Below are positions 46,795 to 56,283 of a stretch of 64,000 nucleotides of DNA, one piece after another. The notes below the pieces were generated by a model. The model did no database searches, was not told where the DNA came from, and was given only the letters and a program-made list of their open reading frames with translations. Position numbers and translations under genes: made by a program. Position 1 is the first letter of the stretch; each line of letters begins with the position of its first letter. Source of the stretch: Verrucomicrobiia bacterium (GTDB lineage: Bacteria > Acidobacteriota > Terriglobia > Acidiferrales > UBA7541); the NCBI GenBank assembly GCA_035604385.1, contig DATNIO010000197.1, positions 2,565 to 66,564 of the forward strand, read 5' to 3'.

Positions 46795-47220
46795 TCACTT
46801 CACCTGGAGCGTCTTCACACCTTCCGCGCTCGCATCGCCGCCAACGTAACCGATTGCACCCTTGGTCTTGGCGACGTAGGCGACCATCTCGGCGTCGGAG
46901 CCGACTGTTTTCGGCATGGCGCCTTTGCCCGTGAACACCAGGCTGCGGTAGTACGACTGCAGGGCAGAGTCGGATTTGTCCAAGTACTCCTTCAGAAACG
47001 CTTCGTGAGCCGGGCCGCCCTTTTCGATGACCGCCTCAACGCGCGAGCCGTCGGCAAGCGCGTCCTTTTCTTCGAGAAAAACACTCCGAAGCTCGTCCGC
47101 CGACACCGCAGTCGCCGCAACGCTGGCATTGGCGATTACTTTCACGCTGGCTGCATGCACACTTACCAGCGCGAAAGCGACAAATAGCACCGCAATGAGG
47201 AACAGGCGTATACGTTTCAT
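46795..47220 (-). CDS. short PstS/PBP-like periplasmic protein
   Basis: Signal peptide. 141 aa. C-terminal KTKGAIGYVGGDASAEGVKTLQV resembles the conserved tail of phosphate-binding PBP_like_2 proteins, at roughly half the length of PstS. Confidence 0.6.
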   Translation of the reverse strand: MKRIRLFLIAVLFVAFALVSVHAASVKVIANASVAATAVSADELRSVFLEEKDALADGSRVEAVIEKGGPAHEAFLKEYLDKSDSALQSYYRSLVFTGKGAMPKTVGSDAEMVAYVAKTKGAIGYVGGDASAEGVKTLQVK

Positions 47221-47248
47221 CTCATTCTCCTCCTAAGTCGTTCCTGGA

Positions 47249-48442
47249 TTAGAAATTGAAGCTGCTCAAAAGCACCAGGGCTTTAGTGCTGGGCGCAAAC
47301 ACCGGGTTTTGTTGGGGATAGAAACCGTTCGGGTACGGTCCAAATCCGTAACCGTCCAAGAAGTGGCCTTCAAGCTTGAAATTCAAGAATCGGTTGATGT
47401 CCACGCGGCCGGTGACCACTTTGTCGTAGTCATGGCCGCCCGGTGTACTCGTGTCCGTGATCTGCAGAAAAGTGGAAGTGATCGTATAGTGCGAATAGTA
47501 GGAGCCCAACTGCACCCATTTGTTCAGACGGTAGCTTCCGGAGACGTACCAGGAGTGCACATTGGAGGAGTCCTCGGCAGTCAGGTTGCGGATAAGGTGG
47601 TCGCGGTAGAATCGCTTAATTTCCGCGTCGATCGTCAAATTGCGATAAGTGAACTCACCGTAGAACTGATCTGTGAAATCTTTCTTGGATTGCTCGTGGT
47701 TGGGCGCTCCCAGCCGTATGCCGTATCCACTAAGGTCCTCATCTAAACGCGACGCTCCGACCAGCAGGCCTTTCAATGGAGTATTCCATCGCAAGTCGCC
47801 TCCGTACTGAGTTCCGTCGTACCGTAACTCCTGAGTTCCTCGCGCTTGCAAAAAATACGGGTACCCGCTGTAAATGCTGTCGTAACGGTGCCCTCCCCAC
47901 CCTGTGTACGATAGGCTGCCCATCTTGTGACCGAGGGAGATCGTTCCGTAGATATCGCCACCCAGATGGGCAATATCGGCGTCACGGACATCAATTGGGT
48001 AGATGCCCTGTGGCATCAGTGCGAACGCATGGAGGAAATCCAAGTCCTGCGTATCGGTAAAGAGACCCAACGTGGTTTTGACTTTGCCAAAGCGTATGGA
48101 CAGCCAGGGCTTGAACTTGTAATCCAGCGTCGCGAAGTCCAACGTTGGATGCCATTGCCCGAGTTGGCCGATATTGTGGTCGTACACCTGCGCGCTAATA
48201 CGTATCTTATCGGTCAGTTTGGTCGAAACGTTCAATCCCATTTCCGTGAACGCCCCGCTGCCATTGTTGGTGTCCATCGTCAGCCAGTTATTGCCGGCGG
48301 TGTAGATCCCGCCTTGCGTCAGGAAACCGTGAAAGGCGATGGTGTGATCCCAGACCTTTATGTCCTGAGCATAAAGAGCAGCTGGAAGCAAACACGCGAT
48401 GGTTGCTGCAGCAAGGACAAAATGCCCCAACCTAGATTTCAT
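47249..48442 (-). CDS. outer-membrane beta-barrel (porin-like) protein
   Basis: Signal peptide ending ALYAQ. Alternating amphipathic beta-strand pattern rich in Tyr/Gly. C-terminal ...LLSSFNF with terminal Phe. Confidence 0.65.
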   Translation of the reverse strand: MKSRLGHFVLAAATIACLLPAALYAQDIKVWDHTIAFHGFLTQGGIYTAGNNWLTMDTNNGSGAFTEMGLNVSTKLTDKIRISAQVYDHNIGQLGQWHPTLDFATLDYKFKPWLSIRFGKVKTTLGLFTDTQDLDFLHAFALMPQGIYPIDVRDADIAHLGGDIYGTISLGHKMGSLSYTGWGGHRYDSIYSGYPYFLQARGTQELRYDGTQYGGDLRWNTPLKGLLVGASRLDEDLSGYGIRLGAPNHEQSKKDFTDQFYGEFTYRNLTIDAEIKRFYRDHLIRNLTAEDSSNVHSWYVSGSYRLNKWVQLGSYYSHYTITSTFLQITDTSTPGGHDYDKVVTGRVDINRFLNFKLEGHFLDGYGFGPYPNGFYPQQNPVFAPSTKALVLLSSFNF

Positions 48443-48962
48443 ATCCATCCTCACTTTGCCTAAGTATTGGTGATTTCATGTTTTCTAATTGCACCCACGG
48501 TGAGTGGAGCAACTACCCCGTCAAGGACACCAATCGGCATCTAAGTCGTTATCTTTAGCGCCTAGCTTCATTCGGGGTGCGGGTTCAGTTAGATCGGTAC
48601 ATTCCCATACCAGGAATACGACTGCATCGTTGCATCCCACTGAATTCGGCGCGCCGAACCTCTATGCTTGGGAATATTGGAAGTATGCAGCGCCTCATCG
48701 TTTCATTTGAGTACACCCGGAAGTTACTCATGAACTTGGCAGAATCGGCGAAAGTGGAATCTGCATTTCGCGCTGTTCTTTAGCCCGGATTTCTCCCTAC
48801 AGACCTAGAATCATCCAAAGCGATGAGCGGGATGTGGCGCTAGCGTCTCGTTGGGGTCTTTCACGCCTGGTGAAGAAACGACAATTCGTCGGCAGGACGC
48901 CGGCATAACAAGAAATCTGCGCGCTGCCCGCGAGATATGGGGATTTCTTTGCCGCGATATGT

Positions 48963-50621
48963 CTACCGCTTTACCGATTCAGAACCGATTTCAAGCTGGG
49001 CGTACGCGCCGGCTGCATAAACGATTTTTCCGCCGACCATTGTAAGGAGGGATTCGATACTGCCGATCTGGTCCAGTGGCACGGTCATGAAGTCCTTGCT
49101 CAGAACAGCGAGATCGGCGAGCTTGCCCGGCTCGAACGAGCCTCGCTTGTCCTCGTCAAAAGAAAACCAGGCGCTGCCGATCGTGTAGGCGCGAAGCGCG
49201 TCCTCGCGCGTGGGCGTTTGCTCCGGTCCGCGCTGCATGCCGCCGGCGTTCTTGCTGTCGACCAGCAACCACCGGAGCGTGGTGAACGGATTGTAAGAGG
49301 CTACGCGATGAGCGTCGGTCCCCGCGCCCATCTTCACGTCGAGTTCCTTGGCGTTTTCCACCGATGCGGCGCTCGGACGCTGGATAGTCCAGCCCACGCC
49401 CATCGCTTTCATGCGCCGCAGATTCTGGGCCGAGGCGTTGGTCAGATGAGCGACCGACCAGCGCAAATCCGTGATGGGAAATTCCGCATTCACGCGCTCA
49501 TAAATGGAGAGCAGCGTGTCCGCGGTTTCGTCCTTCGGCCAATGCATTGTGACCGGCATCCCTCTTTGAGCCGCCCAGCGGACGATCTGGTAATACTTCT
49601 CCTTGTCATCATCGCTCGGATGGTCGTTGTTGTTCATACCCCAGGTGGGGCGTTCCCCAAGGCCGTTGAACTTCAGCATGTCGTCGCCAAAGCCCTGCGG
49701 CAGCATTTGCGTCAAACTTTGCAACTCTTCAAATTCCTTGCCGGAAGTCGGGCCGCACAGGCTATAGGCGATCCTGACCGTTAATTGGTGCTGCCGCCAA
49801 ACCTTGAAGACGGGCTGATAATTTTCAGGGTTGACATTGTTTCCGCCGGGATCGCCGACTCCCGTCACCCCGAGCCGGTTCATTTCGCGGAAAAATTTCT
49901 TCGTTCCCTCCACTTGTTCGTCGAAAGTTGGATGAGGCAGTTTTTCAAATAGCGCGATGGCGACATCGAAGCCGCCGCCATCTTCAATTGCTCCGGTTGG
50001 ATTGCCGCTCGCGTCTCTTTCCAGCCTGCCGGGACGCGGCAAGTCCGCGTCGCTGTTAATCCCCATCGCTTTGAAGCCCGCGGGCGTCATCACTTCCCAG
50101 TCGTAGTTAAGCTGCACGTAAACGGGATTGTTCGGCGCCGCCGCGACAAGGTCCGCCTGAGTTGGTCGGCGCTTTTCTTTGAATTGCGCCGCGTTCCAGC
50201 CTCCCGCCACGATCAGCCAGGAGCCCGGCTTCTTCGCCAGCGACGCTTCATGGATCCGGTTCATCGCCTCGACTATGGAATTTGCGCCCACCCAGTTCAC
50301 CTCGGTCGTGAACGTCTGCCCAGCGCGGATCGCGTGAATATGTGAATCGATGAAGCCGGGGATAACCGTGCGTCCCTGTAGATCGATCACGCGGGTCTTC
50401 GGGCCGGCTTGCTTTCGAACGTCCGTGTTGGTGCCAACCGCCGTGATTTTGCCGTCGCGTATGGCGATGGCTTCCCGGGTCGAGAATTGGCGGTCGACGG
50501 TCAAAATCTTGCCGTTCACTAGAATGGTGTCGGCGTTTTGGGACCACGCCGGCGAGGCCGCGGCGAGCGCGACGACGGCGAGCAACGAGATAGGAATGAA
50601 ATTCGCGATCCGGATTCTCAT
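48963..50621 (-). CDS. amidohydrolase-3 (YtcJ-like metal-dependent hydrolase), secreted
   Basis: ATG 50621 with a GGAGGC RBS. Signal peptide. ILVNGKILTVD...AIAIRDGKITAVG...VIPGFIDSHIHAI N-terminal signature. Confidence 0.8.
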   Translation of the reverse strand: MRIRIANFIPISLLAVVALAAASPAWSQNADTILVNGKILTVDRQFSTREAIAIRDGKITAVGTNTDVRKQAGPKTRVIDLQGRTVIPGFIDSHIHAIRAGQTFTTEVNWVGANSIVEAMNRIHEASLAKKPGSWLIVAGGWNAAQFKEKRRPTQADLVAAAPNNPVYVQLNYDWEVMTPAGFKAMGINSDADLPRPGRLERDASGNPTGAIEDGGGFDVAIALFEKLPHPTFDEQVEGTKKFFREMNRLGVTGVGDPGGNNVNPENYQPVFKVWRQHQLTVRIAYSLCGPTSGKEFEELQSLTQMLPQGFGDDMLKFNGLGERPTWGMNNNDHPSDDDKEKYYQIVRWAAQRGMPVTMHWPKDETADTLLSIYERVNAEFPITDLRWSVAHLTNASAQNLRRMKAMGVGWTIQRPSAASVENAKELDVKMGAGTDAHRVASYNPFTTLRWLLVDSKNAGGMQRGPEQTPTREDALRAYTIGSAWFSFDEDKRGSFEPGKLADLAVLSKDFMTVPLDQIGSIESLLTMVGGKIVYAAGAYAQLEIGSESVKR

Positions 50622-50643
50622 ATGGCTAGCCTCCAAGACTTCT

Positions 50644-52155
50644 TTAGTTGAGGCGTTTCGGTGCGCCGTCTTTTTGGTACCAGTCGATGGTCTCGCCGGT
50701 CGTGTTCACTGTCACGGCGCGCACTTCCGTGAAGTGATCGAACGACTCGACGCCTGTCTCGCGGCCCATGCCGCTGTCCTTGAAGCCTCCCCATGGAGAC
50801 GCGGGGTCGAGCCGGTGATGGTCATTCACCCAAACCATGCCGAAGAGCAGCTGGCTGACCACGCGGTGAGCGCGTGCGATGTCGTTGGTCCACACTGACG
50901 CGGCCAATCCGAACCTCGTGTCATTGGCGATGCGAATTGCGTCGGCTTCGTCCTCGAACGGCATGACGACGGTCACCGGGCCGAAAACTTCGTCTTGGGC
51001 GATCTCGGAGCGAGGATCGGCATCGTAGAGCACCGTCGGCTCAATAAAGAATCCGGAAGGCAAACCCACGGAAGCTGCCTTGCCGCCTGTCAGCAGCTTT
51101 GCGCCTGCCGATGTGGCGCGGTCGAGCATCATCAGGATGCGCCGCCGCGACTTCTCCGAAATCACCGGCCCCAATTGCGTCTGTGCGTCGGCAGGATCGC
51201 CGAGCCGGATGGACGCGGCTTTCGTTCGAAACCGTTCCAGGAACGACGTGTACATGGAGCGCTGGACGAGGATGCGCGACCCGCACACGCAGGTCTGTCC
51301 CGCAGCGATGAACGCCGCAAACGCCGCGCCGTCGACGGCACGCTCCATCTCCATGTCATCGAAGAGGATGACGGCGCCCTTGCCGCCGAGTTCCAGCGTG
51401 GTCGCCGCGAAATTGCGCGCGGCCGCAGCGCCGATCGAGCGGCCAACCTCCGTGCTCCCGGTAAAGGTGACCTTTCGAATCTTCGGATGGGAGGCGAGCG
51501 CCGCGCCGGATTCTGCGCCAACGCCGTTGACCACATTGACGACGCCCTTGGGTACGCCGGCGCGATCCAGAAGCTCGACGAGGCGATTGGTCGTGAGCGG
51601 CGTTTGTTCCGAGGGCTTGATGACCACGCTGTTGCCGGTCGCGAGCGCCGGGGCCAGGCTCTTCGACAGGATCATCAACGGATGATTGAACGAGGTCATG
51701 AGCGCGACGACGCCCAGCGGCACGCGCTGCGTATAGCACAGGTACGGTCCTTCGATTGGTATGACGTCACTGCGGCGCGTAAGGGCCAGCGCCGCGAAAT
51801 AGCGATAGAACTGCGGAAGGCGAGAGATTTGCGCCCGCGTCTCGACAATCGGGCGGCCGTTGTTCAGCGTCTCGAGCGTGTAGAACGCTTCCAGATCGGC
51901 CTCGAACAGGTCGGCGAAGCGGTTGAGCACACGCGCGCGCTCTTGGACTGGCACCCTGCTCCACTTTCCTTCATCGAAGGCGCTCTGTGCGGCTGCGACG
52001 GCTCGGTCCACATCGATTGCGCCGGCATCGGCGAGGCGACCGATCACGCCGCCTGTGGCCGGGTTCATGATGTCCAGCGTTTTGCCGCTTGCGGCATCGG
52101 TGAACTCGCCGTTGATGAAGAGCTGCGCGTCGTAGGTGATGGGCATGACGGTCAT
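50644..52155 (-). CDS. NAD(P)-dependent aldehyde dehydrogenase
   Basis: FTGSTEVGR, ELGGKGAVILFDD and catalytic GQTCVCGSRILV motifs. 4-nt ATGA overlap with the upstream MFS gene. Confidence 0.92.
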   Translation of the reverse strand: MTVMPITYDAQLFINGEFTDAASGKTLDIMNPATGGVIGRLADAGAIDVDRAVAAAQSAFDEGKWSRVPVQERARVLNRFADLFEADLEAFYTLETLNNGRPIVETRAQISRLPQFYRYFAALALTRRSDVIPIEGPYLCYTQRVPLGVVALMTSFNHPLMILSKSLAPALATGNSVVIKPSEQTPLTTNRLVELLDRAGVPKGVVNVVNGVGAESGAALASHPKIRKVTFTGSTEVGRSIGAAAARNFAATTLELGGKGAVILFDDMEMERAVDGAAFAAFIAAGQTCVCGSRILVQRSMYTSFLERFRTKAASIRLGDPADAQTQLGPVISEKSRRRILMMLDRATSAGAKLLTGGKAASVGLPSGFFIEPTVLYDADPRSEIAQDEVFGPVTVVMPFEDEADAIRIANDTRFGLAASVWTNDIARAHRVVSQLLFGMVWVNDHHRLDPASPWGGFKDSGMGRETGVESFDHFTEVRAVTVNTTGETIDWYQKDGAPKRLN

Positions 52156-53522
52156 GGATTTCGCACCTCGGCAGGGATGGGAGTTACGGCGGCCTCAGCC
52201 TCGATCTCTTCGAGGCGGCGCTTTTTTGGTTCGACGCCGAGCGTGAGGACGACCAAAATCTCCACGATGAGAAGCCCGATCATGAAAACGAGAACGCCTC
52301 CAATCCCATGCGACCTGAAAAGCGCGACGACGATGAAGGGCGTAAAGATGATCGCGCCGCGGCCGAACGTGTTGCAGATCCCCGACGCGCGCAGGCGAAC
52401 TTCCGTCGGAAAAAGCTCAGGGATGTAGATCGCAAAAAGCAACGCCACGAGAACATAGATCGGGATGATCAACATGAAACCCGTCATCATCAAAATGGCG
52501 GGATTTTGGATAAATGGATAAAAGCTTCCGATCAGGATGGTGAGCAGGGAAGCGCCGACGATCGTGGGCTTGCGTCCCCAGGAGTCCGCTGTGAAAGCGC
52601 CAATCGCGGAGCCGAGCGGCGCGCCGAGGGCCATGACGAGAGAATAGTTAAAAGATTTTGCGATGCTGAGGCCCTGCTGAACGAAAAATGTCGGCAGCCA
52701 CGTGACGAAGCCGTAGAGCAAGCTGTTGATGACGATCAGGGAGACCGATCCCAAAATCATGCGCGGGAGAATCAAGGGGCTGAGGAGCGAAGAAAGATTT
52801 CGCGAATGTTTCACAAGGAGCGAAAGCTTGGGAGGCGGCAGCGGCGCATGCTGCAATTCGACTTCGTTCTCGATCGTCGACAACAACGCCTCTGCCTCTT
52901 CGGTGCGTCCGACCGATTCCAGCCAGCGCGGCGATTCCGGCAATTTTTTCCGCAAGTACCAGACGACGAGCGCGCCGAGCCCGCCAAGGACGAACATGGC
53001 GCGCCAGCCGAGTCTCGGGATGATGAGCACTCCCAGTAGCGCGGCAACTGGCAAGCCGGTGACGACGAAGACGGTCATGAAGCCCAGCCATTTGCCGCGG
53101 GACTGGGGAGGTACGAATTCAGTTAATGTCGAATAACCAACTACATTTTCGGCCCCGAGTCCAAACCCAATGACGAACTGGATCAGGATCAATATCTGCA
53201 TGGAGGGCGCGAAGGCCGCGGCGATGGACGCAAATCCGAAGATGGCAAGATTCGATTGATAGGTGAAGCGGCGCCCGAACCGGTCGCCGAGGAAGCCGGT
53301 CACGAGAGACCCCAGCATCATCCCCACAAACGTGGCCGAGACGAACTCCGCGTTCTGGCCGAGCGTCGAAAAGCCGCTCTTGACCGTGGCTCCGAGAACG
53401 ATTCCGGCAAGGTAAATGTCGAAGCCGTCGAAGAACATTCCCGCGCCGATCAGCCACATGATCCGGCGATGGAAGGAGGACAGCGGCAGCCGGTCGAGTC
53501 GCGCTCCTGCGTTCACGGGCAC
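52152..53522 (-). CDS. MFS transporter
   Basis: 12-TM profile. GFLGDRFGRRF motif A and PESPRWL sugar-porter-like motif. Confidence 0.85.
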   Translation of the reverse strand: MPVNAGARLDRLPLSSFHRRIMWLIGAGMFFDGFDIYLAGIVLGATVKSGFSTLGQNAEFVSATFVGMMLGSLVTGFLGDRFGRRFTYQSNLAIFGFASIAAAFAPSMQILILIQFVIGFGLGAENVVGYSTLTEFVPPQSRGKWLGFMTVFVVTGLPVAALLGVLIIPRLGWRAMFVLGGLGALVVWYLRKKLPESPRWLESVGRTEEAEALLSTIENEVELQHAPLPPPKLSLLVKHSRNLSSLLSPLILPRMILGSVSLIVINSLLYGFVTWLPTFFVQQGLSIAKSFNYSLVMALGAPLGSAIGAFTADSWGRKPTIVGASLLTILIGSFYPFIQNPAILMMTGFMLIIPIYVLVALLFAIYIPELFPTEVRLRASGICNTFGRGAIIFTPFIVVALFRSHGIGGVLVFMIGLLIVEILVVLTLGVEPKKRRLEEIEAEAAVTPIPAEVRNP

Positions 53523-53529
53523 GGCCGGC

Positions 53530-54282
53530 TCACTTCTGCCTCGAAAGCACGGCCATGCTGCCCACCGTCAGGGCTTCCGTGGCCAAACGGCAGTTCTGGT
53601 CAAACGAATTCTGCTGCGCCGTCTGGAAAAATTCCTTGCAGTTGCGCGCGGCGTTGGGATCGAGGCGCAAGATGCGCTCGATGATGGCATCGACGTCGGA
53701 TGAAAGGGTGCTTGCCGGGCTGACGTGCGAGATGAGGCCGATTTGCTGCGCCTGCTGCGGACTGATCGGATCGCCGAAGAGGACGAGAGGAAACGCGAAG
53801 CGCGGCAGCGCATACTCGCCGAGATAGGCCATGATCGCGGCTGGCGCAAGGCCGAACTTCATTTCGGGGAATCCGAGGGCCGCGTTTTCGGCGACGTAGA
53901 CGAAATCGCACACAATCGCGAGGCCGAAACCGAAGCCGAAAGCGTCGCCCTGCACTTCCGCAACGCTGATCAACGGCGAAACCCGCAGGGCGCGCTTGAA
54001 TTCGATGAGCCGGGCGGATTCATGATGGATCGTCGTGGCGTCCCGCCCCGCGCGCTCGCGCCCCGTGCAGAAAACTTTGCCTCGCGCGCGCAGGCGCAAG
54101 ACCCGCGCGGCGGGATGCGCCGCTTCGCGGCGAAGCTCCGCGAGCATCGCGTCAAACATCGGCCCGGTGACTTCATTCTCGCGCCCGGGATTGTCCAATG
54201 TGAAGTTCAAAACGTCGCCGGCCCGCTCGATCACCACGCCAGGAGCAGTTACACTCGCAGATTCAACTGGTTTAGAGGACAT
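53530..54282 (-). CDS. enoyl-CoA hydratase/isomerase (crotonase) family protein
   Basis: Start trimmed to ATG 54282. VLRLRARGKVFCTGRE and AEVQGDAFGFGFGLAIVCDFVYV oxyanion-hole regions. Confidence 0.8.
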   Translation of the reverse strand: MSSKPVESASVTAPGVVIERAGDVLNFTLDNPGRENEVTGPMFDAMLAELRREAAHPAARVLRLRARGKVFCTGRERAGRDATTIHHESARLIEFKRALRVSPLISVAEVQGDAFGFGFGLAIVCDFVYVAENAALGFPEMKFGLAPAAIMAYLGEYALPRFAFPLVLFGDPISPQQAQQIGLISHVSPASTLSSDVDAIIERILRLDPNAARNCKEFFQTAQQNSFDQNCRLATEALTVGSMAVLSRQK

Positions 54283-54324
54283 GCCGACACGGTACACACG
54301 GAGCGCAAGTCATGTCAACCGCCG

Positions 54325-54954
54325 CTATCGCACGGCCGAGTTTGATTCGTAGAGGCTCAGAATCGATGCTCCCTGCGGAAGAGGCTGCGCTTTGCTGCCG
54401 GCGGCGCTGACGAGCCAGCGGCGGTTCGGGCCGCAGGCCTTCTCCGAATTCGACTCCATGACAATTGCGCCGCTCGCCGTAGTGCCGATGATACCCAATG
54501 TCTGGCCGCAGCCTGGCGGCGCGACGCGGGCGAACTGCATCTTGAGGTCGACGATTTGGACCGGGCCGCCGCCCGCATGGTAGTCGAAGAGCAACGTCGT
54601 CGAATACTTGCCGCCTTCGGCGAGAATTCCGAGCAAGCGCTTGCCGTCCTGCGAGAAACCGGCGAGACGCAGCGACAAAGTTCGCCCGTAATCGCCATCC
54701 GAAGCGAGGAAATCGGCCTCTACCGGAGCGCCGCCATTGGCAGGAGTGACCACAAGCTTGTAATCCGCATTGCATTCATGAGAGTTCTTGCTGTGATCGT
54801 CAGCCGTGGAAACCTTGAGCACCGCGGCGGCGCCGTCGGGTCCGCGCACTGCCTGGGTCTCTGTGGCGGCGACGGTGGCGCCCGTGTCGACACATTCCAT
54901 GGATGCCTGTTGTGAAAGTAGGAGCGACGCAGCGAGCAGGATTAGCGGCAGCAT
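54325..54954 (-). CDS. hypothetical secreted protein
   Basis: Signal peptide MLPLILLAASLLLSQQ. Beta-rich. No motif recognised. Confidence 0.5.
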   Translation of the reverse strand: MLPLILLAASLLLSQQASMECVDTGATVAATETQAVRGPDGAAAVLKVSTADDHSKNSHECNADYKLVVTPANGGAPVEADFLASDGDYGRTLSLRLAGFSQDGKRLLGILAEGGKYSTTLLFDYHAGGGPVQIVDLKMQFARVAPPGCGQTLGIIGTTASGAIVMESNSEKACGPNRRWLVSAAGSKAQPLPQGASILSLYESNSAVR

Positions 54955-55283
54955 ACAGGGAACCCTTCCGAAAATGATGAAGGTGGAAACATTGTTTCGC
55001 CACCTCCCTGCACAGTGGAATTATACCGAAACACTTTATCGGCGGCCAGCCGCGCCTGCGCCGGCTCCTTCAAGAGTTGGCATCGCTTCGACAAGACGTT
55101 TTACCGCCCGCAGTGACATGGTGATCCACTTCGCGAAGTCAAGCGTGTGGCATACCGACATGCCAACCGATGGGCTCGACAGGCGAGGGGGCTGGACCGC
55201 CCGCACATTTGTGGCTATCATCCCTCGCAAAGTGGCTCGCTGAGGCGTAGTGGGTTCGCGCACATGCGGACCGGGAGGAAAAG

Positions 55284-56195
55284 ATGGCAAATTTTTGCAC
55301 GAAATGCGGAACCCCGGTCAGCGGGCAATTCTGTACGGCATGTGGGGCGGCGATTGAGGGAGGTCCGTCGCACACACAGAACGTGACGCCCCCAGCGGCA
55401 CCGGTTTCCCAGCCTGTCGCCGCGCCGCCGGCCGCCCATAAAAGTTCCGGCGCGAAGATTCTTTTCATCGTTCTAGGCGTTCTGCTCCTGTTCGGAGCCG
55501 TCGGCGTGGGCGGCATTGTCTACGTCGGATATCGCGCCAAGCAGAAGATTGCGGAACTGAAGAAGGACTACGGCCTGGATAACGACACCTCTAGCCGTAC
55601 GTCGTCTGCCAGCATGCGAACATTTCCGCCGTCGAAAGGGAGCGGCTGCAGTTTGCTAGAGGGCCAGGAGGCAGCCACGATTCTGGGAGTTGCCGTGGAG
55701 CGCGCGGAATCGGAGACGAATACTGACGAAGGCGCTTTGTGCAAATACTGGGTGAGCGCGATGGAGCGGAAGCGGTTGATCGGCGAAGAGATCGCGTCGA
55801 GCGTGTCTGGAATGGGCAAGGCGGATACCAAGAGCGGACAGCAGGATGTGGAGAAGTTGATTGGCGGGGCGGCGGGCGCTTTGATAGAAGCGAACGGCGA
55901 TAACAAGGACAGCGACTTCGCGTTCAGCCTTCAAGTGTGGCGCAAGAACGGAAAGGAGCAGTGGGAGAAAACGGAATCTCTCCAGGCGCGGACAAAGGAC
56001 GCGGCGGGCGCGGATTTCGCAGGCGTGGCGCTGCAGCCGGTCGAGGGCGTCGGTGACCGTGCGACTGTGTTGGCAGCCGGGCACTCCATCATGGTGCTGA
56101 AAGGCGACACGTTCTTTTTGCTGGGATTCCAGCAATTCGTTCCGGGGCGGGATAAGACGGTCGCACTCGCGCGGGTGGTGGCGGGACGCCTCTAG
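55284..56195 (+). CDS. zinc-ribbon membrane protein with extracytoplasmic domain
   Basis: N-terminal FCTKCGTPVSGQFCTACG zinc ribbon, Pro/Ala linker, one TM helix (ILFIVLGVLLLFGAVGVGGIVYVG). The ectodomain is related to the 24105-24617 product. Confidence 0.65.
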   Translation: MANFCTKCGTPVSGQFCTACGAAIEGGPSHTQNVTPPAAPVSQPVAAPPAAHKSSGAKILFIVLGVLLLFGAVGVGGIVYVGYRAKQKIAELKKDYGLDNDTSSRTSSASMRTFPPSKGSGCSLLEGQEAATILGVAVERAESETNTDEGALCKYWVSAMERKRLIGEEIASSVSGMGKADTKSGQQDVEKLIGGAAGALIEANGDNKDSDFAFSLQVWRKNGKEQWEKTESLQARTKDAAGADFAGVALQPVEGVGDRATVLAAGHSIMVLKGDTFFLLGFQQFVPGRDKTVALARVVAGRL

Positions 56196-56283
56196 CGTTA
56201 CTTAGTCGATCCCGTCCCGAGACCGTGGCCGTCTGAATCGATGCTTCTACAGTTTTTCCGATCGAACCGGCATTGCTAAGATC

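Noticed and set aside
48455-48962. ORFs 48504-48710 and 48577-48783 in the spacer upstream of the porin operon
   Set aside because: Overlapping frames with no RBS or motifs. I treat the region as a non-coding leader or promoter; only the 14-nt palindrome is reported.
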